Shown: piece by piece, positions 1-11,995 of the stretch
Numbering within the stretch: the first letter of the stretch is position 1
Layout: each line of letters begins with the position of its first letter
From: Octopus sinensis
Lineage: Eukaryota
Reading direction: 5' to 3'
DNA: 64,000 bases
Assembly: GCF_006345805.1 (NCBI RefSeq)
Contig: NC_043013.1
Span: 34,906,001-34,970,000 of the forward strand
Notes under the pieces: generated by a model
Told to the model about the DNA's origin: nothing
Database searches by the model: none
Seen by the model: only the letters and a program-made list of their open reading frames with translations
Program-made: the position numbers and the translations under genes

Positions 1-712
1 CTCTATCATCTCACATCTTACTGTCTCAAAAATATCAAATACATATTAGAAAACTTTGTTCCAGAAATCCCTAAAATCAGCTGGATGGTAACAACTGGAA
101 TGAATACTCCCAATCATATGTTTTCCCTATCAGAGATGACTAAGTGTGGCACACATGAAGGGTTCCCAGTGCCTTTGGGATGAAGACACTTTTGGTGCCC
201 TTACATCGATCAAGAAGGCATGATAGTTCAGGTGAAATTCTGCACCTCTTCACACCTGTGGCCGAGGAGACTGGAGGGAAGACATTTTTGATATGCATTC
301 ACTGTTTCTTTCTCTACCTCTGATTGGACCAAACAACTATACAGAAAACAACAACAATTAGCTGTAATTTATCTCTTCAAGACAGCAAACTTCAAAATAT
401 AAGATCCGAGAAAAAAGAAACAAAATTAAAAGAACAACAACAACATAAACAAGAATATGTACAATGACTTCAACGGCAACTAGGATTACTTTCTTGTCCT
501 TAGAAACACTTCAGCTGACCCCTAATGTCTCAGGCTCACATCAAAACCCCTACTAAATGTGGTTTCTTGCTGAACTCTGACAAGTGTGTCGTTCTCTTGG
601 TCTCTATAAAGCATGAATTAAAATTAGGAACACCAAAGTATTTAACACACTAAAAACAGATGTGGTGAAGCAAAAGAGGGAGAGAAGAAACAGAATAACA
701 CAAAGACCACGC

Positions 713-860
713 ACGAGAGAGAGAGAGAGACAGAGACAGACAGACAGAGACAGAGAGAGAGAGACAGAGACAGACAGACAGAGAGAGTGCAAAAGTAAGA
801 TAGAGAAAGAGAGAGACAGACAGACAGAGAGAGTGCAAAAGTAAGATAGAGAAAGAGAGA
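713..860. repeat. (GA)n/(GACA)n microsatellite
   Basis: Direct reading; explains ORFs 604..936, 650..838 and 662..844. Confidence 0.9.
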
Positions 861-1369
861 GCAAATACAAAAGTAGAGAGTGTAGAAGAGAAAATGAATG
901 ATTAAAAAAAAGGGGGGGTAGATAAAGAGAAGGCAAGGAGCATATAAAATATATTCAGAGTTGAGTTTGTCGGCAGAAATTATAGGGATAACTGATATGT
1001 TGAGAGTGTTTATTTATTTTATGAATGCAGACTTTGTTTTTGGTGAGGCTGTGAAAGATGCATATAAATGAGATGAAAGAAGGAGTTATGTTTTGGGTCA
1101 CAGGTGCAAGTGAAACTACAGAGAGCAAATAAAACTACAAGGGGTCAGGTTTCTAGTGCAAAGTAACAAAATAGGGACAAATTTAACAAAAAAACAAAAA
1201 CAAATTTAACTTTAAAATATGCAATTTCAGTTAAATATGTGTGCATGCTTGTATAAATTTACAGTTACATATATGTATGTGTAACTATACTGGTGCATTT
1301 GTTTGTATGCATGTATTTACTTATACATTCATACATAGATGCATACATACGTACATAAGTATATATATG

Positions 1370-1451
<82 letters not shown>

Positions 1452-1633
1452 TGCATGTATGTACGTATACATAAATGTATGTATGTATGTATGTATGCAT
1501 GCATGCATGTATATGTGGACACACTGATACACAGAAAGGTGGATAGTATAATATAAACATAGATTTGAACACAGGTATTCATATGCATGAAGGTGTACAC
1601 ATATACATACAGGTGTATTTAAATGTGTATATA

Positions 1634-1677
<44 letters not shown>

Positions 1678-1740
1678 CACATACACACATATATACATAA
1701 ATACATATGCACAGATGTGTGTGTGTGTATGCATACTTAA

Positions 1741-1945
1741 AGGCAACAGAATTGTTAGCACACCACGCAAAATACTGAGTGGTATTTCACCTGTCTTTAC
1801 TTCCTAAGGTCAAATTCCACCGAGGGTGACTTTACCTTTCACCTTTTTGATGTCGATCAAATAAGTACCAGTTGAGTACAGGGGTCAATGTAATCAACTC
1901 ATCCTTTCTCCCAAATTACTGGCTTTATACCAAAATTTTAAATCA
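1741..1945 (+). mobile_element. tRNA-derived SINE family B (degenerate copy)
   Basis: Matches the other family-B copies (head ...gcagaattgttagcac, B-box-like ggtcaaattcc, central gactttacctttcacc...aagtaccagttg). Confidence 0.75.
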
Positions 1946-1960
1946 AGATATGCGTACATA

Positions 1961-2094
1961 TCACTTAGCGGTTCGGCAAAAGAGACCGATAGAATAAGTA
2001 CTGGGCTTACAAAGAATAAGTCCCGGGGTCGAGTTGCTCGATTAAAGGCGGTGCTCCAGCATGGCCGCAGTCAAAATGACTGAAACAAGTAAAA
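1961..2094 (+). mobile_element. SINE family A, 3' half only
   Basis: tcacttagcggttcggcaaaagagaccgatagaataagtact...ggtgctccagcatggccgcagtcaaaatgactgaaacaagtaaaa, near-identical to the 3' half of full copies such as 4049-4468. Confidence 0.85.
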
Positions 2095-2125
<31 letters not shown>

Positions 2126-2149
2126 TATATGCATATATGTATATATGTA

Positions 2150-2838
2150 GGTGTAGGAGTGGCTGTGTGGTAAGTAGCTTGCTTACAAACCACATGGTTC
2201 TGGGTTCAGTCCTACTGCGTGGCACCTTGGGCAAGTGTCTTCTACTATAGCCTCGGGCCAACCAAATCTTTGTGAATGGATTTCGTAGATGGAAACTGAA
2301 AGAAGACCGTCGTGTACATGTATGTATATATATATATATATATATGCCCGTGCCGGTGGCACGTAAAAAGCACCATCCGATTGTGGCCGTTTGCCAGCCT
2401 TGTCTGGCACCTGTGCAGGTGGCACATAAAAAGCACCCACTACACTCTCGGAGTGGTTGGCGTTAGGAAGGGCATCCAGCTGTAGAAACACTGCCAGATC
2501 AGACTGGGCCTGGCACAGCCTCCTGGCTTCCCAGACCCCAGTTGAACAGTCTAACCCATGCTAGCATGGAAAATGGACGTTAAACGATGATGATGATGAT
2601 ATGTATGTATGTACGCATGTGTATATGTTTGTGTGTCTGTGTTTGTCCTCCCAACATTGCTTGACAACTGATGCTGTTGTGTTTACATCCCTGTAACTTA
2701 GCAGTTCGGCAAAAGAGACTGATAGGAATAAGTACTAGGCTTACAAAGAATAAGTCCTGGGGTCAATTTGCTCGACTAAAGGTGGTCCTCCAGCATGGCC
2801 ACAGTCAAATGACTGAAACAAGTAAAAGAGTAAAGGAG
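2150..2838 (+). mobile_element. tRNA-derived SINE family A, interrupted by an RTE 3' fragment
   Basis: A-box-like tggctgtgtggt and B-box-like ggttcagtcc in the head; the 3' half resumes after 2600 and ends in a gagtaaa tail. Confidence 0.9.
2346..2600 (+). mobile_element. RTE LINE 3'-terminal fragment with (GAT)n tail
   Basis: Same sequence as the 3' end of the ORF-bearing RTE at 54541-56890 (gtggttggcgttaggaagggcatccagctgtagaaac...gcatggaaaatggacgttaaacgatgatgat). Confidence 0.85.
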
Positions 2839-3376
2839 TATATGATGTGGTTTTACTGTTTCCATCTACCAAATTTCTTTACAAGGCATTGGTTAGTCTG
2901 TTGCTGAAGCAGAAGACACTTGCCCAAGGTGACTTGTGAGAGTGAGACCAGAAACACATGGTTTGAATGAAAACTTCTAAATCAGACATCCTATTGATTA
3001 CATATATATACTATACCATGGTCTCTTAATGCCTCAATGAAACTATAGAAATGCCACAGAGTGGTATGTCATGTTTTGGGCATTCTCAGATTTGGTAATG
3101 TACATGTTTCTTGTGGACTGGACCCTAGTATATGGCTGGTACTTTTTATTATTGACACAAAAACGATGAAAGGCAGAGCCAAACTTCTTGGCATTTGAAT
3201 TAAAAGCCACAAGAGCTGGAAAGATTACTCTAAAGTAATGGTTTCCTACCAGGTTTCATATGACCCTTGGTGGGGTCCATCTAAGATTTTGTTGTTAAAA
3301 TTTATCTGTAATAAATCGATTAAGCTCCTACAATGCACAAAATATTTTAGCAATCTATTTTTTAAACAATTCCTAA

Positions 3377-3773
3377 TCTTTATATATAAAAGTGAGGTTG
3401 TGTGCTATCTGTCTCCTACGATTTAGATTCCTAACTACTCCCACATTTTGCAGTGCAGTTTAACCAAAATCGGGTATCTTATAGTCGTGATTCATATTGA
3501 GCCCTTCTGGGTATTAGCGCGCGTCTACGATGAGTCTACAATTTTAAAAAAAATTTACCATCAATTTTTCCCATTTTTAATGCATTTTTGGCATATATAA
3601 GGGAAGTAACTCTTTAAAAATTTATTATTAAATCTCAGAGCGTAAAAAGCTACAGTAACACCCCCCCCTTTGTGGTTAGCCATATTGAGATGGCTATTAT
3701 ACTTTACATCTCTAAAAATGCTTATATAGTTATTTCCCTTACAAACCCGAGCAACGCCGGGCGATACTGCTAG
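3377..3773 (+). mobile_element. Non-autonomous Helitron
   Basis: Starts TC after an A (3376), ends CTAG before a T (3774), has a subterminal GC-rich hairpin cccgagcaacgccggg (3746-3761) and no TSD; these are the canonical Helitron termini. Confidence 0.8.
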
Positions 3774-3995
3774 TAATATTTAAATCTAAAAGTATAATAT
3801 GATTTTAAAACATCGAATGGCTATGAGGGTCCATCAGAGTGAAATGTGAATGAAAGGGAATTATAATTTAAGAATAGTTGAGAAATACTGCTGCAAAGTA
3901 ATCTATCTAATGTCGTAGGAGCTCAACCTACTATAATTGACTGCCTTTGTATACATACATACACATATACATATATGTATGTATATATATCTATG

Positions 3996-4030
<35 letters not shown>

Positions 4031-4048
4031 GTATATATAATATATATA

Positions 4049-4468
4049 GGCGCAGGAATGGCTGTGTGGTAAGTAGCTTGCTAACCAACCACATGGTTCC
4101 GGGTTCAGTCCCACTGCCTGGCATCTTGGGCAAGTGTCTTCTGCTATAGCCCCGGGCCGACCAATGCCTTGTGAGTGGATTTGGTAGACGGAAACTGAAA
4201 GAAGCCTGTCGTATATATGTATATATATATATAAGTGTGTGTGTATATGTTTGTGTGTCTGTGTTTGTCCCCCTAGCATTGCTTGATAACCGATGCTAGT
4301 GTGTTTACGTCCCCGTCACTTAGCGGTTCGGCAAAAGAGACCAATAGAAAAAGTACTGGGCTTACAAAGAATAAGTCCCGGGGTCGATTTGCTCGACTAA
4401 AGGCGGTGCTCCAGCATGGCCACAGTCAAATGACTGAAACAAGTAAAAGAGTAAAAGAGTAAAAAGAG
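4049..4468 (+). mobile_element. SINE family A, full length
   Basis: tRNA-like head ggcgcaggaatggctgtgtggtaag...ccgggttcagtccc, internal (TA)/(TG) tract, tail gactgaaacaagtaaaagagtaaaagag. Confidence 0.92.
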
Positions 4469-4481
4469 TATATATATATTA

Positions 4482-4652
4482 CAAGGTTTGGAGACGATGT
4501 ACAGATATTTTATATTAGAAGAAATGAGGTACTCAGAAATTCGGATGGTTTTATATTTACAGATATTTATTTGTATATTACATGCTTTTATACATTATAT
4601 CTCATATATCATATATTAGCGCTTTCGTCCATTCTAGTGGAGTTTTCAAATT
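4482..4652 (-). mobile_element. Short interspersed repeat with a hammerhead-like motif (probable Penelope-like element terminal repeat)
   Basis: A second, inverted copy lies at about 62550-62703; the minus strand carries a minimal hammerhead-like fold (see findings). The Penelope assignment is inference. Confidence 0.5.
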
Positions 4653-4691
4653 GAAATTGTATATATATATATACATATGTATATCTATGTG

Positions 4692-4734
<43 letters not shown>

Positions 4735-4758
4735 TTATTTGTCTATGTATATGTATTT

Positions 4759-4908
4759 ATATCATCATCATCATTTAACGTCTGCTTTCCATGCTGACAC
4801 GGGTTGGACGGTTTGACTGAGGACTGGCGAGCTAGACGGTTGCACCAGGCTCCAATCTGATCTGGCAGAGTTTCTACAGCTGGATGCCCTTCCTAAAACC
4901 AACCACTC
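4759..4908 (-). mobile_element. RTE LINE 3' fragment in a (TA)n tract
   Basis: (atc)n-tttaacgtctgctttccatgc...ggatgcccttcctaaaaccaaccactc is the reverse complement of the RTE tail. Confidence 0.85.
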
Positions 4909-4910
4909 AG

Positions 4911-4945
<35 letters not shown>

Positions 4946-4960
4946 TATATACATATATAA

Positions 4961-4991
<31 letters not shown>

Positions 4992-5011
4992 GGAGAGAGA
5001 GAGAGAGAGAG

Positions 5012-5048
<37 letters not shown>

Positions 5049-5115
5049 TAGATAGATTGCATATGTATATATACACATAAATATACGTATGTATAAATAT
5101 AAAACAATATATATA

Positions 5116-5363
5116 TTCTTTTATTCTTTTATTTGTTTCAGTCATTTGACTGTGGCCATGCTGAAGCACCACCTTTATTCGAACAAATTGACCTGAGGAC
5201 TTATTCTTTGTAAGCCTAGTACTTATTCTATCAGTCTCTTCTGCTGAACCGCTAAGTTACAGTGTTATAATCACATCAAGATTGGTTGTCAAGCAATGGT
5301 AGGGGACAACACAGATAAATAAATACATACATACACATATATATATATATAATATATAAAAAA

Positions 5364-5425
<62 letters not shown>

Positions 5426-5578
5426 GGCTTCTTTCAGTTTCCATCTGTCAGATCCACTCACAAGGCTTTGGTTGACCCAAGACTATAGCAGAAGACACTT
5501 GCCCAAGGTGCCACACACTGGGACTGAAACCAGAACTATATGGTTGGGAAGTAAGCTTCTTACCATGCAACCACTCCT
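5116..5578 (-). mobile_element. SINE family A
   Basis: Reverse complement of the family-A consensus, including head and tail. Confidence 0.88.
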
Positions 5579-5954
5579 ATATATATAGCACCCAAATCTT
5601 AAATGAGACTACTTAAATGAGACCGTAACACAGAAGATAAAGAAGAGATGGTCACATCTAGAATATCTTTGATTATAGTTGATCTTTAGAAGAGCTGTAA
5701 CAAGGCATGAAGGTGCAGTCTATGCTAATCTGAGAAATTCAATATTGTAACACAACTTCATAGATTATTTAATAGATGTGAAAATTTTAGAGTTTTATAA
5801 TCACAAATGAAACATCTGTTCCATAAGTTTCTGAAGAGGGTAACCTTACTTAACATAGGATACCCATCTGCAGTTTTCCCCTTTCCTATTATTGTAGTAG
5901 TAATCTCCCACTCATTTGAAAGAAGTTCTTCATAATGGTGTCAGCTCCTTCTAA

Positions 5955-5996
<42 letters not shown>

Positions 5997-6017
5997 TTTT
6001 TATATCAACATATTTAC

Positions 6018-6161
6018 TCTTTTTCTCATTTCAGTCATGTGGCTATGGTCGTGCTACAGTCATATATGGATAGATAGATAGATAGACAGACAGACAGGTA
6101 GATAGATAGATAGATAGATAAAAAGACAAACAGACAGACAGACAGATAGATAGATAGAGAG

Positions 6162-6233
<72 letters not shown>

Positions 6234-6234
6234 G

Positions 6235-6269
<35 letters not shown>

Positions 6270-6278
6270 GGATAGATG

Positions 6279-6348
<70 letters not shown>

Positions 6349-6558
6349 GACAAATAGATAGAGACAGATAGACAGAGACAGGCAGATAAATAGACAGATA
6401 GATAGAGAGATAGATCCTCAGCTTCTTTTTTAGTTTCTGTCTACCAAATCCACTCAACCTGGATTTGTAACAGGAGACATTTACCTAAGGTGCCATGCAG
6501 CGGAATTGAAATGAGAGCAATGTGGTTGGGATACAAACTTCTCAACCAGACAACCATA
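6018..6558 (-). mobile_element. Degenerate SINE family A with a ~350-bp (AGAT)n expansion (6068-6415) in its centre
   Basis: Tail remnant at 6018-6061 and head remnant at 6421-6558 flank the microsatellite. Confidence 0.7.
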
Positions 6559-7075
6559 TCTACACACACTTTACTGAGGTTGAATCAATCAATTCCATCT
6601 CATCTTAACAACAACAACAATGCTATCATGTGCCTAATCAAGTAAAATCAAACATTCAAGACCAGGATGGAATATGTTAACAATTAATGAAGTATCTCTT
6701 TTATTTATACATTTATACATCTATATATGCATATATATTTTTTATTTTTATTTTTTATGTATTATTTGAAAAACAAAAACAACAACACATCTTATTTGTG
6801 AAATCCTTATGTTTATAGAGAAAAAAATATCACAGCTGATTACAGGATTTATTGAATATTGCACTTTTAAAGTGACATACGAAATTGAAATGGTCTTAAC
6901 ACTCTCTAAACTTTATTAATATTCTATATTATTTTTCAATAATTTCTATTTTATATTCTCTCTCTCTCTTTTCATTTCTCTATATTTCTCTTCATTTCCT
7001 TCTTCTCCAAAGTCTCTATCCCTCTTTAGCTTCTTCACTATATCCTCTTTATTTTCTTCTTAATTTCTACCATTC

Positions 7076-7109
<34 letters not shown>

Positions 7110-7344
7110 ACTCTCTCTTTCTCCACTTCATATACTCCTTATGCTCTCTTTCTTTCCACTTCTAATAATCTTGCAAGTTTATTTGTTGTCATGAAAAGAA
7201 GATTTACATCGACAAAAATAAAAAAAAAATTACACTACGATAAGGAAGTTAATGAAACAAGCTTAAAGTATGTGTATATATACTGCTACTAATTCCCATA
7301 TATCTATGTTTGTGTATATGCATAAGTGTGTGCGTATATATATA

Positions 7345-7421
<77 letters not shown>

Positions 7422-7428
7422 ATGCATA

Positions 7429-7827
7429 GGCACAGGAGTGGCTATGTGGTAAGAAGCTTGCTTCCCAACCACATGGTTCCAGGTTCAGTCCCACTGCATG
7501 ATACCTTGGGCAAGTGTCTTCTACTATAGCGTCAGGCTGACCAAAGCCTTGTGAGTGGATATGATAGACAGAAACCGAAAGAAGCTTGTCGTATATATGT
7601 GTGTGTGTGTGTGTGTATTTGTGTCTGTGTTTGTCCTCCCCATCATCACTTGAGAACTGATTTTGGTGTGCTTACATCCCCATAACTTAGCGGTTTGGCA
7701 AAACAGACTAATAGAATAAGTACTAGGCTTACAAAGAATAAGTCCTGGGGTCAATTTGTTTGACTAAAGACAGTGCTCTAGCATGGCTTCAGTCCAATGA
7801 CTGAAACAAGTAAAAGAATAAAAGAAT
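7429..7827 (+). mobile_element. SINE family A, full length
   Basis: ggcacaggagtggctatgtggtaag...ccaggttcagtccc head and gactgaaacaagtaaaagaataaaaga tail. Confidence 0.9.
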
Positions 7828-8184
7828 ATGTATGTATGTATATATATATAACAGGAAGCTTTACGAAAATAAACAAAAGAGCAATGTAGGTGGAGTACAA
7901 AAAAACAATTGTATTAGTATGGCGCTCAGGAATAGAAATAAAACAAGTCTTTTACATTTTGAGCCTACACTCTTCAACAGAAAGATACACAGAAAAGAAA
8001 CACGGAGAGAAATAAGGAGAGAAAAAAATGCGTGCAGGAGCTAAATATATATATATATAGAGAGAGAGACCAACATGTACATATGCTGCTATATTTTATA
8101 TATAAAAAATACATAAATGGGACAAGAATGCAAAACATCCAGACAGCGATAGAAGGAAAACAAGGACATGACAAACTAAATTTG

Positions 8185-8395
8185 CATCGTATATTTAGAC
8201 ATGACAAACTAAAATTATATAACTAGCAATTGTTGGAATAATTTTACTTTAGTAAATAATGAACAGAAATGTGGAATAAAAGTAGGAAAAAGAAATGTTA
8301 GTAAAAAGAAATATTAACTTTTACTTGTATGGTAATTTTCACTCCAAGAATTAAACATGGCTACCAGCAATTGTATACTTCAACATTGAGAGCTA
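8185..8395 (+). mobile_element. Partial copy of the foldback element at 15334-16341
   Basis: Near-identical to about 15645-15850 (catgacaaactaaaattatataactagc...cttcaacattga). Confidence 0.85.
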
Positions 8396-8559
8396 GGGAT
8401 GACCTAGTGTTAAACAATAACAACAAAGTATATAGAACAAGAGCACTCAGAGATGCAAACCTCTGCCAAAGCAACACCAACATCCTCTCAACAATTATTA
8501 GCCAGAGATGATTTTTAAACTAAGAATATCTGAAAGAAACTCAACTACTCTCACAAAAG

Positions 8560-8820
8560 AGAATACTAAAAATGAACCCGACCTGTCACAAAAATTAAGT
8601 AAAAAAAAAACAGGAAAATAATAATAATCCAGACTCCTTGTCTGGTATTGGATCGATCCCAAAATCCAACCAGTTCATGCCACTCACGAGGCCAAACATC
8701 TTTGAAAGTTTCACCCGAATCCATCCGGCAGGTCTTGAGATATCTTGTCCACAGACAAACAAACAAACAAATATGACTGAAAACAATACCTCCACCTTCG
8801 CTAAGTCAGAGGTAATAAAG
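8560..8820 (-). mobile_element. DINE-1/HINE-like (Helentron-associated) non-autonomous element
   Basis: The minus strand begins ttattacctc...gaggta (terminal hairpin), then a (tttg)n/tctgt microsatellite and a ggatggatt...gaaacttt core, which is the DINE-1-type layout. The class is inferred from architecture. Confidence 0.5.
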
Positions 8821-8840
8821 CACAGAGAAGCACACATATA

Positions 8841-9921
8841 GTTTCCATCCGGATATTGTACGATGGGTTGGTGCCTTCCTCTCAGATCGCTCCTTCCAAG
8901 TTCAAGTTAATGGTTCGCGGTCCGACGTCTCCAGTGCGAGCAGTGGCGTGCCTCAAGGTTCAGTGCTTGGGCCCTTGTTGTTCTTAGTCTTCATAAATGA
9001 CTTGCCCGACGACCTCACGCAACACACCTTCTATTTGCCGACGATATCAAACTGGTCGCTCCTCGCGGTAGTATAGAGGATCTTCGTCGATGCCTCCACC
9101 AAATTTGAAGTGGTCTAACGATTGGGATCTGTGTCCGAACGTGTCAAAGTGCTGTCATCTGCCTGTCGGCTCTACTCCTGCAACTCAACTTGATTTTGAG
9201 CCGGTCGTCTGCTGCTGGAGAGGACCGATCAGATAAAGGACCTGGGTATCTTGGTGGATTCCTCCTTTTCGCCTTCGGCCCAGTGCGTCCATGCTGCCAA
9301 CAAAGCGCGCGGAATTCTGTTTTTGATTCGACGGTCATCGGAGTGCTCACAGCAGCCATATTCCTGCCACTCTATGTCACGCTGGTGAGACCCATATTGG
9401 AGTATGGGATTCAAGCCTCTTCTCCTTATCTCCTCAAAGACATACAGCACCTCGAAAGAGTCCAGAGGCTGGCTACCCGCCTTGGTTCATGGTCTCAAAA
9501 ATTTGTCCTACGAAGAAAGGCTGAGGACGCTCGACCTTTATTCTCTTGAAAAACGCCGCCGCCGTGGTGATCTCATTCTCGCCCACAAATCATAAGCGGG
9601 AAGTGTAACCTCTCGAAAGAGCTGTTCTTCACTCCTGCTCTGGAGCGTCGGCTGCGGGGTCATTCCGAAAAGCTCTACCTGCGACGATTTCATCTCAATC
9701 GAAGGAGAGGAGCTTTCTCCGTCCGGGTTGCGGATCCGTGGAACAAGCTGCCAGATGAGATGGTGAAGATGCCGACGACCGCTTTGTTCAAAGCCTCCCT
9801 GGACCTCAAGTGGCCTGAACTCTTTACATGAACACCACCCTGTACTTAACTCCATGTCCCCCTACATGGCCTTGCTATTTGCTTTTGAGCCAAATTAACT
9901 AACTAACTAACTAACTAACTA
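8841..9921 (+). mobile_element. 5'-truncated CR1-like LINE (reverse transcriptase relic, frameshifted)
   Basis: Translates to SGVPQGSVLGPLLFLVFINDL, LFADDIKL (FADD 9034-9045, after a frameshift), LVRPILEY, ERVQRLATRL, LSYEERL..LDLYSLEKRRRRGDLI and WNKLP; stop at 9829-9831; 3' stem-loop ccatgt/acatgg; (TAAC)n tail. Confidence 0.92.
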
Positions 9922-11543
9922 GATACATCACTAAACAGAACGATATATACAAAAGAAGGGGGAAAATTGTGATTAAAAACGACTATGACAGTAGCATGAA
10001 TGATAGCAAGAAAGATTTAAGAATATGAACAATAGTATTAACATAAGTAATGCAGTGCATTGCCAGAAAATAACAGCAATGAGTGGCCAAGAAAATGTCT
10101 ATGAGAATGCTTTAGGTGCTAGAAATAGTAGCCAAATTTGGTCAGAGCTGATCTGGAAATAAACAACTGCAGGAGTATGCATGCATGGAATTCAATAAAG
10201 CTAGTCCACCGCCACAAATGATGCCGCCAACGCCATAATCATAACAGTATCAATAACTTCAACAAGAGATCCTAGATAATAGGGAAGTATAGAAAAAAAA
10301 AAGAGAAAATCCCATAACATTGGAAGCAGAAGGGGGTGGGGTTGAATGAAGGCATACAAAATACACAATGGACAGGATTAAAACTGTTCCCCCATGATTG
10401 GCTGACTGTTTAGACACGCACTCCTCCTCCTTCTCCTCTTCATCATCATCATCACATCATCATCATCGTCATCGTCATCGTCATCGTCATCATCATCGTC
10501 ATTATCATCATCGTCACCATCATCATTTTCATCATCATCATCATCATTATCACCACCACCACCACCTCCACCCCACTATCATCTCCCCACCACCACTTTC
10601 ACCACCACCATCATCATCATCATCATTAGGACCATTTTTTATATTCACTTCTGCAAGACAGTTCCAACACTCCATTGCAGCGTTACTTACACCACAGTAC
10701 AACCAGCATACTACAACAGGACATCACATCACAACACAACACAACACATCACAACACAACAATCCAGCCGAGCAACAACAGCTGAATACAAACAATGCAT
10801 ACAACCCCAACGCAATAAGATATCCACCAAAAGAGATTCTTCTCACTCTGCTATGACAGAATAAACTCCGACTTTTGCAGCCATACTTAATCACAAATCA
10901 ATTGAACAAAAGAGACTATAAAAGTGGATTATAGGATTACTGGAAACTAATCCAAATAGACGGATTGATTTTAGAAATATTGCTCAGTCTACTGCTGCTT
11001 TATATCTCAAGATTACGTAGCTTATAGATCACAACTGATGCGATGTGCGGATTGCTGGATCCAATTTTAACAGCTTCTCATTGCTTAATCATTCTAAAGA
11101 GAATAATGGGATTTCCGTAAAATTGATTTAAGCGAAAGTTATATTTGTGTAGGATGATATAATTGATGTAGATATAAGTGTGCACCGGATATATGAAGAA
11201 TTGGTTTGGAAGAGCATTTTGGTTTTGGTTTTTGTTTTTTTTTTGTTTTGTTTTTAATATAAATTCATTTATTTATACAGTGATATTTCAAGGATCAAAT
11301 TCTGATTAGGTCAAGAATCATCAGACTTAACATTTTAGCCTATCTCATCATCATTGTCGTCGTCATCATCATCGTATCCATCATCATCATCGTCGTCGTA
11401 TCCTTCATCTTCATCATCGTCGTCGTATCTATCATCATCATCAACATCATCATCATCATCATCATATCCATCATCAACATCGTCATATCAATCATCATTG
11501 TCATCGTCGTCGTATCCATCATCATCATCATCGTTATTATTAT

Positions 11544-11956
11544 TGCCTTTGCACGGCTTCTAACACTGGAGATGTACTACAGTGCCAGCTGTTCACTACC
11601 AGTGAACTCAGGTATCACATCTTATTTTTTGAGCACCCTCCGGAGTATTCGAGCGGTTCTAAGCAGTGCTGTTTTCTGCAAGTGCTCCACCCTTATTGCA
11701 GCTCCAATTAGTTCCATGTACTTCTTGAGAGTTTTGCTTACTGTTCATAGAGCTTCGACAATTATTGGTACTACTGCTACCTTTTTCATTGACCACAACT
11801 ACTTAACTTCCCAAGCTAACCTGTCATATCTCTCGACTTTTCTTTCTTCCTTATCGCACACCTTGTTGTCATCTGGTCATGCTATATCTATGATCCAGCA
11901 TAGATTGTTTTCTTTCTCAGTTAAGACTATTCTCTATCTCATGGTCGCACTGAATC

Positions 11957-11958
<2 letters not shown>
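11544..11958 (-). mobile_element. R4/Dong-like LINE, C-terminal restriction-like endonuclease relic (copy A)
   Basis: The minus strand gives MIQCDHEIEN / ENNLCWIIDIA*PDDNKVCDKEERKVERYDRLAWEVK / VPIIVEAL / LQKTALLRTARILRRVL with stops and frameshifts; it is flanked by (ATT/ATC)n and (TAA)n. Confidence 0.85.
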
Positions 11959-11987
<29 letters not shown>

Positions 11988-11995
11988 TAATAATA

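Noticed and set aside
4049-4120. tRNA genes at SINE heads (families A, B, D, E)
   Set aside because: A/B boxes are present, but there is no complete cloverleaf with an acceptor stem, and each continues into a repeated SINE body.
10975-11070. Cys-rich short frame KYCSVYCC...MRCADCWIQF*
   Set aside because: About 30 codons with no recognisable domain spacing; within chance expectation.
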